From NCBI RefSeq assembly GCF_009914755.1, contig NC_060947.1: a DNA stretch of 64,000 nt. One strand, 5' to 3'. Below are positions 17,232 through 38,273 of this stretch, in pieces. This DNA comes from the human T2T-CHM13v2.0 reference genome, Homo sapiens. The position numbers were made by a program, and so were the translations under genes. How positions within the stretch are numbered: the stretch's first letter is position 1; every line of letters starts with the position of its first letter. The notes beneath the pieces are model-generated. The model did not search any database and was not told the DNA's origin. It was given only the letters and a program-made list of their open reading frames with translations.

Positions 17232-18953
17232 GATTAAGTTTTCTCCATATTTTTTCATGGCTTAGTAGTGCATTTCTTTTTAGTGCTAAAAAATGTTCCA
17301 TTTTTAGGATATACCATACTTTATCCACTGATTTACTCAATTACATCTTGCTTGCTTCCAAATTTGGGCAAATATTAATTAGGCTTCTATAAACACCTGT
17401 ATGCAGCTTTTTGTGTGGATATAAGTTTTCAATTAATTTGGATAAATACCAAGGAGAAACGCTGCCAGATCATATAGTACAAGTATGTTTAGTTTTGTAA
17501 GAAACTCCCAAACTGTTGTCCAAGGTGGCTATAACATTTTACATATCCATGAGCAATGAATGAAAATTCTTGTAGATCTGCCTCCTCATGAAAATTTGGT
17601 ATTGTTAGTTTTGTATATTTGCCATTCTAATAGATGTGTAGTAAAATATCATTGCTGTTTTAATTTACAATCCCATAATGACATATGATGTGGGGCATCA
17701 TTTCATATGCTCACTTGGCATCTGTATATCTTCTTTCATGAGGTATCTATTCAAGACTTTTGCTCATTTTTTAACCCAGTTGTTCATTTTCTTATTGTTA
17801 AGTTTTAGGAGTTCTTCATATATTTTGGGTAGGTCCTTTATCAAATATTTCTTTTGCAAATATGTTATCCAAGACTATACCCTGTCTTCTCAATATTTTG
17901 ACAGTGCTTTTCACAGAGAAGAAATTTTTAATTTCAATGAAGTCTGACTTATCATGGAGAATGCCTTTAGTGTGGAATCTAAAAAGTCATCATTACACAC
18001 AAGGTCATCTGGATTTTCTCCTATGTTGTATTCAAGGAGTTTTATACTCTGTGTTTTACATTTAGGTCTATAATTCATTTTAAGTTAATTTTCTGCAAGA
18101 TGTAATGTCTTTGTTTAGATTCACTTTTTTGTACATGGATGTCCAGTTGTTCCAGCACCATTATTGAAAAGGCTGTTCTTGCTCCATCATAGTCTTTGCT
18201 CCATTGTCATGATCAGTTGATTATGTTTATGTGAGTTTATTTCTTGGTTCCTTATTCCTTTCTGTTGGTCTATTTGTATATTCTTTTAACACTATCACAC
18301 TGTCTTGATTACTGTAGCTTTATAGTAAGTCTTGAAGTAGAGTAGTATCAGTCCTTTGATTTTGTTTTTCTTGAGTATTGAGTTGACCCTTCTGGGTCTT
18401 TTTTCTCTATATATTAACTTTAGAAACATTTTGTTGATATTCACAAAATAACTTGCTGGAATTTTGACTGAGATTGCATGGAATCTATAGATTAAGTAGG
18501 GAAAAACTGACATCTTGACAATATTGAGTCTTCCTAATCATAAACATGAAATGTCTCTTAATTTAGTTCTTCTGTGATATTTTTATCTGAATTTTTGTGT
18601 TGTCTTTATACATACATTGTATGTATTTTGTTACATTTATACCCATTTCTTTTTAGAGGCTGTTCATGAAAATGGTAAAGTTCTTTTAGTTTGAAATTCC
18701 ACATATTTTCAGTTATTTTGGAAAGAAATTGATGTTTGCATATAAACTATGTATCTTGAAAGCTTGCTATAATAATTTATTTTATTAGATCCAGAAAGTT
18801 TTTTGTTCTTACAGATTTTCTACATATATGATAGTATCATCTGAAAAAGGGCCATTTTATTTCTTTCTTTCCAATTTGTGTGGGTTTTATTTCATATTCT
18901 AGTCTTATGGCATTAATTAAATTTCCAGTGTGATGGTGAAAGTGTGATGAAAA
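17232..18953 (-). mobile_element. Old L1 (L1MC-like), 3' part of ORF2; continues at 24201
   Basis: Decayed ORF2, e.g. the ORF at 18295-18513 (LIYRFHAISVKIPASYF...YYKATVIKTV). Confidence 0.85.
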
Positions 18954-18997
18954 ACTTTAAGAAGATCCAAAGAAGGTCATCATATAATAATAAAGGG

Positions 18998-19534
<537 letters not shown>

Positions 19535-20920
19535 CTACACTATAGAACAAAGGGACCTAATCAATATTTATAGAACATTTTTTTCAATGGCTGGAGAATA
19601 CACATTCTTTTCCTCAGCACATGGATTATTCTCAAAGATACACCATATGATAGGTCACAAAACAAGTCTGAACACATTTTTTAAAATTGAAATAATACCA
19701 AGTACCTTACCTGACCACAATCGAATACAACTAGAAGTCAGTTACAAGAGTAATTTTTGAAACTATACAAACAAGTGGAAATTAAATGATATGCTCCTGA
19801 ATAATCAGTGGGTCAGTGAATAAATTAAGGAGAAATTTGACAAATTTTTTGAAACAAATGATAATGAAAATGTAGCATACCAAAACCTATGGGATACAGT
19901 GAAAGCAGTACTAAAGGCAAAATTTATAGCTATAAATGCCTACATCAAAAAAGAAAAAAAATTCTAATAAGTATCCTAATGATGCATGTTAAAGAACTAG
20001 AAAAGCAAGAGCAGACTAATCCCCAAACTCGTAGAAGAAAAGAAATGATAGAGATCAGAGCAAAAATGAATAAAATTGAAATAAAAAATACAATAGATCA
20101 ATAAAAAGGAAAATTGCATTTTTGAAAAGATAAATAAAATTGAGAGACCTTTAGCCAGACTAAGAAAAAAAGGGAGAAGATACAAATAAAATCAGAAGTG
20201 AAAAAAGAGACATTATAAATGATACTGCAGACATTTAAAGATCATTAGTGGCTACTATGAGCAACTATATGCCAATAAATTGGAAAATCTAGAGAAAATG
20301 AATAAATTCCTAGAATAAATGAATAAATTCCTTGTAAACCTATCAAGATTGAACAATGACAAAATCCAAAACCTGAACAGAACAATAACAAGTAATGAGA
20401 TCAAAGCTGTAATAAAAAATGTCCCAGTAAGAAAAAGTCCTGGACATGATGGATTCATGGATGAATTCAAGCAAACATTTAAAGAAGAACTAATACCAAT
20501 CCTACTCAACTATTCCAGATAAATAAAGAAGGAGAAAATGCTTCCAAACTCTTTCTCCTTTTTTGACAGTATTACCCTGATACCAAAAACAGACAAAGAC
20601 ACATCAAAGAAAAAAACAAATAAAAAGTCAGGCCAATATCTCTCATGAATATTGATACAAACATCCTCAGGAAAATACTGGCAAACAGAATTCAGCAATA
20701 CATTGAAAAGACCATTGCTTGTGACCAAGTGAGATTTATCCCAGTGATGCAAGGATGATCTAACATTCATAAATCAATCAATGTGATACATCATATCAAC
20801 AGTATAAAGAATAAAGTCATAAGATTTTTTCAATTGATGCTGAAAAAGCATTTGATATAATTCAACATCCCTTAATGGTAAAAACTCTGAAAAAACTTGG
20901 TTTAAAATAAACATAGCTCA

Positions 20921-21242
20921 GCCAGGTGGGGTGGCTCACGCCTGTAATCCCAATACTTTGGGAGATTGAGGCAGGTGGATCATGAGGTCAGGAGATCTTG
21001 ACCATCCTGGCCAACATGGTGAAACCCCGTCTCTACTAAAATACAAAAAAATAACCAGGCATGGTGGCACGTGCCTGTAATCCCAGCTACTTGGGAGGCT
21101 GAGGCAGAGGAATCGCTTGAACCTGGGAGGCGGAGGTTGCAGTGAGCCGAGATCGCCACTGCACTCCAGCCTGGTGAGAGGGCAAGACTCCGTCTCAAAA
21201 AATAAAAAAAGGATAAATAAATAAATAAATATAAAAAAATTA
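20921..21242 (+). mobile_element. AluSc-like SINE
   Basis: Full dimer; TSD approximately aaaataaacata(g/c)ctca. Confidence 0.93.
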
Positions 21243-21757
<515 letters not shown>

Positions 21758-23779
21758 AAGAGCATTGAAATTGGAAAGGAAGAAATCATAGTATCCTTGT
21801 TTGCAGGTGACTTGTTCTTATATTTGTAAAGACCTAAAGTTAATACCAAAAAATTATTAGAACTGATAAATTCAGTAAAGTTGCGGAATACAAAATTGTC
21901 TGTCATACAAAAACAGTAGCATTTCTATATGCCAACAGTGAACAATGCAAAAAATAAATTTAAAAAGCAATCTCATTTGTAATATCTGCACATAAAATTA
22001 AAATTAAATACCTAGGAACTAACCAAAGAAGTTAAAGACCTCTACAATGAAAACTACAAAATATTGATAAAAGAAATTGAAACTGGCACCAAAAATGCAA
22101 AAATATTCCATGTTTATGGGTTGAAAGAGTCAACATTGTTAAAATGTCCATGCTCCCTGAAGCAATCTACAGATTCAATGCAATCCTTATCAAAATATCA
22201 ATGACATACTTCACAGACTTTTTTTTTAATCCTAAAATTATATGAAACACAAAAGACCCAGAATAGCCAAAGTTATCCTGAGCCAAAAGAACAAAACTGG
22301 AAGAATGACATTAGCTGACTTCAAATTGTATTACGCAGAAATAGTAACAAAAACAGCCTATCAGCATAAAAACAGACACATATAACAATGAAACAAAATA
22401 GAGAACCCAGAAACAAATCCACACACCTACAATGAACTCGTTTTTAACAAAGGTGCCAAGACCATACATTGGGGAAAAGCCAGTCTCTTCTATAAATGAT
22501 GCTGGAAAAACTGGATATCCATATGAAGAACAATAAAAGTAGACCTCTATCTCTTACCATATACAAAAATCAAATCAAAATGGTTTAAAGACTTAAATCT
22601 AAGACCTCAAACTATGAAACTACTGCAAGAAAACATAAGGGAAAATCTCCAGGACATTGATATGGGCAAAATTTTTTGGGTAATACGCACAAGCACAGGC
22701 TACCAAAGCAAAAGTGGACAAATGGGATCGTATCAAATTAAAAAGCTTCTGCACAGAAAAGAAGACAATAAACCAAGTAAAGAGACAACCCTCAGAATGA
22801 GAGAAAATCCTTGCAAACTACTCTTCTGAGAAGGAATTAATAACAAGAGGCTCAAAAAACTCTATAGAAAAAGAATCTAATTATCCAACTAAAAATGGGC
22901 AAAATATCTGAATAGACATTTCTCTAAAGAAGACATAGAAATGGCAAACAGGAATATGAAAAGGTGCTCAATATCATGGATAATCAAAGAAATGCAAAAC
23001 AAACTGCAATATGATATTATCTACCCAATTAAAATGGCTTATATCCAAAAATCAGGCAATAAAAAATACTGGTAAAAATGTGGAGAAAAGGGAACATTTG
23101 TACACTTGTTGGTGGGAATGTAAATTGGTACAACCATTATGAAGAACAGTTTGGATGTTCCTCAAAGAACTAAAAATAGAGCAACCACAGGATCCAGCAA
23201 TCCCTCTGCTGGATATATACCAAAAAAAAAAAAAGGAAAATAAGTTTATCAAAAAGATATCTGCACTCCCATATTTGTTGCAGCACTATTCACAATAGCC
23301 AATATTTGGAAACAACCTAAGTGTCTAACAGAAGTTTGAATAAAGAAAATGTGGTACTTATACACAATGGAGTACTACTCAGCCATAAAAAGAATGAGTT
23401 CCTATTATTTGCAACAATATGGATGGAACTGGAGTTCACTATGTTAAGCGAAACAAGCCAGGCATAGAAAGACAAATGTTGCATGTTTTCCTGTATTTGT
23501 GGGATCTAAAAATTAAAATAGTTGAAATAATGGAGATAGAAGAAGGATGGATATTGTAGGCTGGGAAGGGTAGTGGGGTGATTTGTGGTGGAAGTGGGAT
23601 TCTAATAGGTGCAAAAAGGTAGTTAGAAAAAATGTAAGATATAAAATTTGCTAGCGGAACAGGGTGACTATAGTCAATAATAACTTAATTCTACATTTTA
23701 AAATAACTAAAAGCATAATTTAATTGTTTATAACACAAAGGATAAATGCCTGAGGGCATGGACACTCCATTTACCACCA

Positions 23780-24004
23780 TTTTTTTCCCATCAACTTTTA
23801 AGTTCCTGGATACATGCGCAAGATGTGCTGGTTTGTTACATAGGTAAACGTATGCCTTGGTGGCTTGCTGCAAATATCAACCCATTACCCAGGTAGTAAG
23901 CCCAGCATCCGTTAGTTATGCTTTCGATTTCCCCGCTCTCCCCGGCAGGCCCCAATATGTGTTGTTCCCCGCTATGTGTCCATGTGTTCTCATCATTCAG
24001 CTCC
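23780..24004 (-). mobile_element. Short L1PA13-15-like 3' fragment in the L1MA 3'UTR
   Basis: L1PA 3'UTR motifs (ggtttgttacataggtaaacg); flanked by repeated ctccatttacca. Confidence 0.8.
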
Positions 24005-26347
24005 ATTTACCATAATAAATAATCAAATGATTATTATGTATTGCATGCCTGTATGCAAAATTTCTTAATTCCTCACAAGCACAGGCAATCAAAGCAAAAA
24101 TGGATAAATGGGATCACATCAAGTTAACTATGGTATGAAAGTATCTCATTTACCCTATAAATATATACACCTAGCATGTAATCACACAAATTTAAAAGAG
24201 AAAAAGTATGATGAAAAGAGACATCTTTTTATTATTCCTGAACTTTGCAGGAAACCTTCATGTTTTTCTTCATTAAGTATGATGTTATCTGTTAGTTTTT
24301 TGTCAATGTTCTTTATCAAATTGAGGAAGTTCCCCTTCCTATTCCTAGTTTGCTTAATTTTTAAAAATCATATATAAGTGTTGATTTTGTCAAATGTTTT
24401 TACTGAATTTATTGATATGATCATGTGATTATTTTTCTTTAGGCTGTTGATGTAATTGATTACCTTAATTGACTTTTGGATGTTGAACTAGACTTGCATA
24501 CCTGGGATAAATCTCACTTGTTGGTCAGGTATAATACTTCTTATACATTGTTGTATTCAATTTGCTAATTTTTAAGGATTTTTGCATTTATCTTTATGAC
24601 AGATATTGCTGTGTATGTTTTTCTTGTAATTTTTTTGGTATTAGGGCAATACTAGCCTCATAATATGAGTTAAGAGGTATTATCTCGGCTTCTACTGTCT
24701 GGAAGAGAGAATAGAGTATTTGGTATAATTTCTTTCCTAAATATTTGGTAGAATTCACCAGTGGACCCATCTATATGGCTCACTGCTTAATGTTTTGGAG
24801 GGCTAATAATTATTGAGCCAATTTCCTTAAATGGAACAGGCCTTATTCAAGTTGTCTATTTCTTTTTGTGTGAATTTGGGAAGGTCGTGTCTATCAAGGA
24901 ATTGGTCCAGTTTATCTAGGTTATCAAATCTTTGGATATATAAATGTTCGTAATAGTTTTTGATTACTCTTTTAATGTGCATGTGCATGGGATCTGAAGT
25001 GATGAGCCACTTTTTTATTTCTGATATTAATAAGTTATGTCTTCTCCTTATGTTCTTAGCGTGGCTACAGGTTTATCAATTTTATTGATCTTTTCAAAGA
25101 AACTGCTTTTGCATGTGTTGCTTTTTCTACTGATTTTCTATTTTCAGTTTTTGACTTCCAATCAAATGTTTATTATTTGCTTTTTCTGCTTACTTTGAAC
25201 TTAATTTGCACTTATTTTCCTACCTTGGAAGCTTGAATGATTGATTTTAGATCTTTCTTGATTTCTAATATGTGCATTAAATGATGTAAATTTCCTACTA
25301 AGCACTGCTTTTGCTGTATCTCACATATTTTAGGAAGTTCCATTTGAATTTAATTCAGATTGAGTTTTAATTTCTTTTGAGGTTTCTTCTTTGACTTATG
25401 TGTTATTTAGAAGTGTGTTGTTTAATTTCCAAATATTTGGGAGTTTTACAGCTATTTTTCTATTAATAATTTCTAGTTTACTTTCATTGTAGCATGAGAA
25501 CATTTATCTTCTTTTTAATTTGTAAGAGTGTGTTTTATGGCCCAGGATTTGATTTATATTGTGTATATTCCATGTGAGTTGGAGAATAATGTACAATTTA
25601 ATGGTTTTCGCTAAAATAGTGTATAGATTGCGATTATATCGAAATGATTGATGGTGCTATCGTGTTCAACTTTGTTCTGATTAATTTCCTGCCCATTGAA
25701 TCTGTTCATCTCTGATAAAGAGATGTTAAGATTTCCAAATATAATAGTATATTCATCTGTATCTTCTTACAGTTTTGTCAGTTATTGCATCATGTATTTT
25801 GATTATTTATTGTTATGTGTATACACTTTAGGAATTGTTGTGTCTTCGTAGAGACTTACCCTTTTCATTGTTATTTAATGCCCTTCTTTATCCTTGATAG
25901 CTTTCTTTGCTCTACATTCTGCCCTGCCTAAAATTAATATCACTGTTTCAGCTTTCTTTTGATTAGTGTTAGCATAGTATATCTTTCTCCATCTCTTTAC
26001 TTTTAATCTGTATGTGTTTTTATGTTTAAAGTGGGTTTCTCGTAGGCAACAATATAGCTGAGTCTTGTTTTTAATTCATTCTGATAAGGTCTGTCTTTTA
26101 ATTGGGAGATCATTGGAGTTAAAGGTGATTATTAGTATATTTAGAATATTATCTACCATATTTATTACTATTTTCTATTTTATCTCCTGTTCTTTGTTTC
26201 AATATTTTATTTCATACTTTTTCTGCCTTTGATAGTTTTAAGTGAGCATTGTATATGATCTCATTTCTTAACATACCAATTACATTTTTACTTTTATTAT
26301 TGTTGTTATATATTTTTTACTATCATTTACAACTAATCCAAATCCAC

Positions 26348-26348
26348 T

Positions 26349-26379
<31 letters not shown>

Positions 26380-26512
26380 TCTATTTATATTTTTGTAGAG
26401 ATGGGGTCTCTCTATGTTGCCCAGGCTGGTTTTGAACTTCTGGCCTCATGTGATCCTCTGCCTCAGGCTCTCAAAATGCTAGGATTACAGGCATAAGCCA
26501 CTGCACCTGGCC
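26348..26512 (-). mobile_element. FLAM / Alu left monomer with (TTTA)n tail
   Basis: Monomer ending ...gccactgcacctggcc; TSD aa(a/g)tccacttt. Confidence 0.88.
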
Positions 26513-26640
26513 AAGTCCACTTTCAAATAACCCTACTCCACTACACAGGTAGGTTAATTACCTTATAATGACAAAATATTTCTCATTCTTTTATTTCTTA
26601 TAACATTACCCTCATTTATTTATACACATGCATACATAAG

Positions 26641-26643
<3 letters not shown>

Positions 26644-26685
<42 letters not shown>
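26644..26685. repeat. (TA)n microsatellite
   Basis: Perfect TA run. Confidence 0.95.
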
Positions 26686-26688
<3 letters not shown>

Positions 26689-26820
26689 CTTTGCTTTGTT
26701 TTACCCCTTTTAGTATGCCTTGTAATCTTTTGTTGAAAGCAAGACATTATACACTGGGTAAGAGGAACTATTAGTAAATAAGCCATTCATAATGTATGGA
26801 AAGATGTGGCAGGGCAAAAG

Positions 26821-29593
<2,773 letters not shown>

Positions 29594-30310
29594 GGAAGCA
29601 TTCTACCATCCTATGATTAGGTTAAGTGAGCTTGTGCTCCTAGACTGAACTTTACAAGAGCTTCTCATCACTTCCATCACTCCTAGGTGGGACAGGATGT
29701 CTGGAGGGTGCTGGAATTGTGTATTTCTTTCCCCCATGTGGAAGGCAAGGACTAGTTGGAGTTGGGTCTGCCTTTTCCTCCAGGTTGGTTAGGCTATGAT
29801 AAAACTCCAGCCAGTTAGGCTCTTGTAAAATGATTTTTCCTAAAGGGAAGCCATTTTAAGAACAGAATGGTCTGGCATATTTCAAAATTTTTCCCTTTTC
29901 TCCTGCTGAAAGCAACAGGGGATTTTTCTCTGATATCCTCTGTGGGGACCTGGTCAAACTCCTGGAGGTAAAACTCACATAAGTGTAGGGTCCCCCCCAT
30001 GACTGGATCTTCATGGCATTTTTAACTCAGGGTTATTTATGCTGAGCCTCCAAAAATTTATCAATTACTGTTCAGGCTTTCCTACACCAGCACTAGTTCC
30101 CTGGATGTATCTGTTCCAGTAACTGTGATTCTCCGTATCTGCCTGTCTCTCCATTCATAAAGAAAGTATTTTGCCCTGCGACTGCACCTCTTTAACAAAT
30201 CTAAGAAAAGTTAGTGTTTTTTTTTTCTTTTTAAGTTTGCTCATCTTTTCACTTGTTAGGATGAAGTGGTGACTTCTAAGCTCCTTATATGCTACACTGA
30301 AAATCAAAAG
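29594..30310 (-). mobile_element. 5' region of the old L1M element, continued after the MST
   Basis: ggaagcattctaccatcctatgattagg continues the host sequence from 26820. Confidence 0.55.
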
Positions 30311-30354
30311 TCTGTAGATTTCTTTGGCATAAATTTTATATACAGAATACAAAA

Positions 30355-33780
<3,426 letters not shown>

Positions 33781-35541
33781 TAGTTGACAGTCAACTGATC
33801 TTTGACAAAGGAGCCAAGAACACACAATGGGAGAAAGAGTCTTTTCTATAAATAGTTTTGGGACAACTGGATGTGACCTGCAGAAAAATGAACTTGAACC
33901 ATCATCTCACACCATATACAAATATCAACTCAAAATGAATTAAAGACTTAAACATAAGACCAGAAAGTATAAAACTACTGGAAGAAAACATAGAAAAAAT
34001 TCTCTTTGCATTGCTCTGGGCAATGACTTTTTGGATATGCCACCAAAAGCACAGACAACAAAAGCAAAAATAGACAAAATAGATTGCATCAAACTAAAAA
34101 GCTTCTTTCTAGCAAAGGAAACAGTCCACAGGGTGAAAAAACAACCTACATAATGGAAGAAAATATTAACAAACCACACAGGTGATAAGGAAATAATATT
34201 CAAAATGAATCCCCTATATGGCAACTCAAACAACTCAATAGCAAGAAAACAAATATTCCAATTAAAAACTAGGTGAGAAAACCTAAATAGACATTTCTCA
34301 AAAGAATTACATACAAATGGCTAACAGGTGTAAAAGAAGAATAAATATTGTGACCCCCAAATCACTAATCCAAATAGAAAAGTCAATCTGGGAACTGGGT
34401 CAGACAAAACTAACTCCCATTTCTTTCCTAAGTAAGATAGCTACAAAGATTAAAATGTTACATACTTACCTCACAATTTGCCCACAGGAAAATTCCTTGT
34501 GCGCCTCAAGATCTTTACCTTAAAACAGTTCTGTTGAATTTCACCCTCGCAATGTAAATTGATAGCTTATCTTCACAGCTGCAGGACAAAGGACAGAACT
34601 CAAAGTCATCCCTCTGCTCACCTGAGAAAAATGCATATCTCATTGCCTTCTCTGCCCTATTGTTTATGTAAAATGCAGTTACACTGAGCCACACTAAGGC
34701 ATAAGTGACTATTCCTCTACCTCCCTCTCACATAAATTGTGTATTCAGTGAAAGGCTGATCAAAGACTCTAAAGAATGCAACAGTTTTTCTATCTACCTA
34801 TGACCTGGAAGCCTCCACTTCGAGTTGTTCTACCTTTCCTGATCAAACCAATGTACATCCTATACATATTAACTAATGTCTCATGTCTCTCTAAAATGTA
34901 TAAAAGCAAGTTGTACCACAACCACTTTAGGCAATTGTCATCAGCACCTCCTGAAGCTGTGTCATGTATATATCCTTAACCTTGGAAAAATAAACTTTCT
35001 AAATTGATAAAGTATGTCTCAGATGCTTTTGGTTTACACAGGTATATGAAAAAATGCTGAATGTCACTACTCACTAGGGAAATGCAAAACATTGAAAAAA
35101 AACACAGTGTGGTATCACCTAACACCTGTTAGAGTGGCTCTTATTAAAAAGACAAAACATAAATATTATCAAGGGTATGTAGAAAGGGGAACACTTTTAC
35201 CCTTGGTTGGAATGCAAATTGCTACAACCATTAAGAAAAACAGTATGGAGGTTTCTCAAAAAAAAAAAAAAGAGAGAGAAAAGAGAGAGAGAGAACTACC
35301 CTACAGTATAGCAATTTCACTCCTCTGGATACATATATCCAAAGGAAGTGAAATCAGTCTGTTGAAGAGATATTTGCACTCTCGTGTTTATTACAGCATT
35401 AGTCACAGTAGCCAAAATGTAGAATCAACTTAAGTGTCCATAAATGGATGAAAGGATAAAGAAAATGTGATATACATACATATATATATATATGCACATG
35501 TATTATATATAATATATATAAGCACATGAGCATATATATAT

Positions 35542-35584
<43 letters not shown>

Positions 35585-36075
35585 GAGCATATATATATAT
35601 ACAATGGAATATTATTTAGCCTTTGAAAAGAAGGAAATTCTGTCGTTGGTGACAATGTGGATGAACCTGGAGAATACTAGGCTAAGTCACATGAGCCAGG
35701 CACAGAAAGACAAATACTGTGTCATCTCACTTATATGTGGAATCTCAAAAAGTTGAACTCGTAGAACCAGACAGCAGATTGATGGTTGCCAGGAGCTGGG
35801 GATGGCGGGTAAGGGTGGTTGGGAGATGTTTGTCAAAGGACACAAAGTTTCAGTTAAACAGGAGGAAGAAATTCTGAGATCTGATATATAGCAGAACGAC
35901 TATAGTTGATAATAATGTATTGCATACTTGAAAATTCCTAAGACAGTAGGTCTTAAATGTTCACATCACAAAACAATGATAACTATGTAAGGCATAGGTA
36001 TGTTAATTAGCTTGATTTAATCATTTCCCATTGGGTATAGATATCAAAACATCATGTTGTACACCATTTTAAAAA
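33781..36075 (+). mobile_element. L1MA8/9-like 3' fragment, split by an LTR and a TA/CA microsatellite (35470-35600)
   Basis: ORF2 C-terminal remnants and an L1MA 3'UTR. Confidence 0.85.
34329..35038 (+). mobile_element. MER4-family solo LTR (ERV1)
   Basis: TG...CA ends, 4-bp TSD CAGG, MER4A-like motifs (aagatagctacaaagat, cctcacaatttgcccac). Confidence 0.85.
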
Positions 36076-36102
36076 GAAATTCTGATTATAAGAGACAGTG
36101 TG

Positions 36103-36192
36103 GTCTACAGCCATACCACCCTGAATGTGCCCAATCTTGTCTGATCTTGGAAGTGAAGCAGGGTTGGGCCTGGTTATTACTTGAATGGGAGA
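36103..36192 (+). pseudogene. 5S rRNA pseudogene (nt 1-90, 3' truncated, no poly(A) tail)
   Basis: gtctacagccataccaccctgaatgtgcccaatcttgtctgatcttggaag...ttgaatgggaga aligns to human 5S with CpG decay. Confidence 0.95.
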
Positions 36193-36519
36193 GTGTGTTC
36201 ACATGCTAACGTATAAAAAAGACCTACATGCCAAGAACACAGGAGAATTCACTGGCTAGACTGTGGGGAGTGTGAGAACCAAGGCAGCTTCACAGTTATG
36301 GCTACATTCTCTCCTCTGCCCTCCTATACTCTCCTTTCTTGCCCTCCTCTTTCCTTCCCATCCCTTTTTCTCCTCTGGCTTTCTTGTTAACTTTCTTCCC
36401 TCCGATTGGCTTTTTGTGCATATCCCACCTTCTTTCCCTCATTTTTTGTTTGCATTTGCATATGCTTCATCTTCACCCTGGATTGTTAACCCTCCTCTTC
36501 TTAGCTTGGATAGATTCTG

Positions 36520-36760
36520 TCTGCTTTTTTTAGAGTCTTCTCAGGTGCAGCCTTTTCCAGGTAGTTTCTTTTGATCCTCCAAGGCTGAGAGAAGTGACCA
36601 ACCTGTGAGCTCTCATGATAGCTAGTTCTAACTATTCCATCTTAAGTCTTTTCACTCTGTGTTATAATTGCCTGGCTATTTGTCTCTTTTCTCCACTGCA
36701 CTGTGAGCCCCTTAAAGGCAGGGATTCTTCCTTGTACCTCCAGTGCTTTACACAGAGCAT
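36520..36760 (+). mobile_element. L2 3' fragment
   Basis: ctgtgagccccttaaaggcaggga...ccagtgctttacacag motif. Confidence 0.55.
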
Positions 36761-36779
36761 GGAAAAAAATGGAAAAAAT

Positions 36780-37310
36780 ATAGACTTTTCCATTCCATCA
36801 ACATGGTATATTTTCTATTTCTTTACATTTTTAAAATGATTTTCCTTCAGTGTTTTTTTACTTTTTCACATACAGATCCTGCACATTTATGTTAGGTATA
36901 TGTGTAAGTACTTTTTAAACTTTTTTTCAATGCTATTGAAGATGATGTGTCTTCTTTCATTATTTTGGATTCAAATTTTTCATGGTTAGCATATAGGAAA
37001 TCAATTGACTTTTAAAATATTGACCTTGCTTCCTACAACCATGTTAATCTCTTTTTAAAAGTTATTTCCAGGAGTGTTTTATAGATAATTTAAAAGTTTC
37101 CACATAAATCATGTTGTCTATGAATGAAGGAAGTTCTATTTCTTCTTTGCCAATCTGTATGCCTGCTAGATATTTTTTCTCTTATTTATCTAGATTGGAC
37201 TTCCAGTACAAGATTGAGTAGTAGTGGTGAGATAAAGCATCCCTGCCTCAGTCTCTCACTCATCTTTTATTAGATTAAGGAAGCTCCCATGTATCCCTAG
37301 TTTTTGGAAA
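36780..37310 (-). mobile_element. Old L1M fragment
   Basis: Decayed antisense ORF2 (gtagtggtgagataaagcatccctgcct). Confidence 0.6.
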
Positions 37311-38076
37311 AGTAAGTTTTCTTGTTGTTGTTGTTGTTTATTTTGTTTTGTTTTATTTTTCCTTAAAAGGAATGTGTATTCACTCATCCAGTATTATAAC
37401 TATGTTTTTTTTTAATTAAGCTACTTTCAATAGATATATTGAGAAGGGTTTAGGATATTTAAAACTTTCTTAAATTTATTCTTAAAAGTGCTTTTAGAAT
37501 TTCACAAAAACTTTTGTAGTTCCCTAGTTATTATATATGCCAAAAATTTGCTTTTTAATATTCTATTTAAAAAATTCAATTAATAAAAATGAATAAGCTT
37601 GTTCTTTCAAGCAATTTTCTTCCGGTAACATACTTAGGTGCTTATTTTATGTCTCCTATAAAAGAAGTTGTGATAGCAGTTGAAAGCACGTTATGCCAAA
37701 TATATATTTTTGAGGGCTACTATTTTATACATGTTATAAAGCTATTCTCTTTGAGCACAAATAAACGAAGTGAGTAGCGTAAGTATTCAGATTCAATCTA
37801 TTTTACTAATCAAGAATTGTAACAGCTGCCTCACACAAATGTGACTAGATTACTTGTTTTCCTTCAGAAATGAAGAATTTAAGTAGCTTTCATCAGAATA
37901 ATGAAATAGAAACCCAAGAGCTAGTTCCCACAGATACTAGGGTTCATAGAATAAGAGTTAGCTTTACCTCCACAGTCTCCACAGGAATAACACAGAACAA
38001 AACTCACTACCATTCATTGGCTAACTGAATATTATTTTTAAAGTTAAATTTAATTAAACCTGTAACACATATATAT

Positions 38077-38273
38077 GACCCTCATGCACTCAAAAATGTG
38101 TGTACAACTTTTGACTCTGTAAAAACTTAACTACTAATAGCGTATTATTGACCAGCAGCCTTAGAAATAATATAAACAGTTAATTAATATATATTTTGTA
38201 TGTTATATGAATTAAATACTGTTATTCTTAAAGTAAGCTAGAGAGAGGAAAATGTTATTAAGAAAATCATAAG
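38077..38273 (-). mobile_element. Tigger2a (MER28), left part
   Basis: caactttttgactctgtaaaaacttaactactaatagc...gttattaagaaaatcataag. Confidence 0.85.

Larger units (their letters stand above)
24201..26820 (-). mobile_element. Old L1 (L1MC-like) continued: RT, EN and upstream region
   Basis: Decayed antisense ORF2, contiguous with 17232-18953 once the L1MA is removed. Confidence 0.8.
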
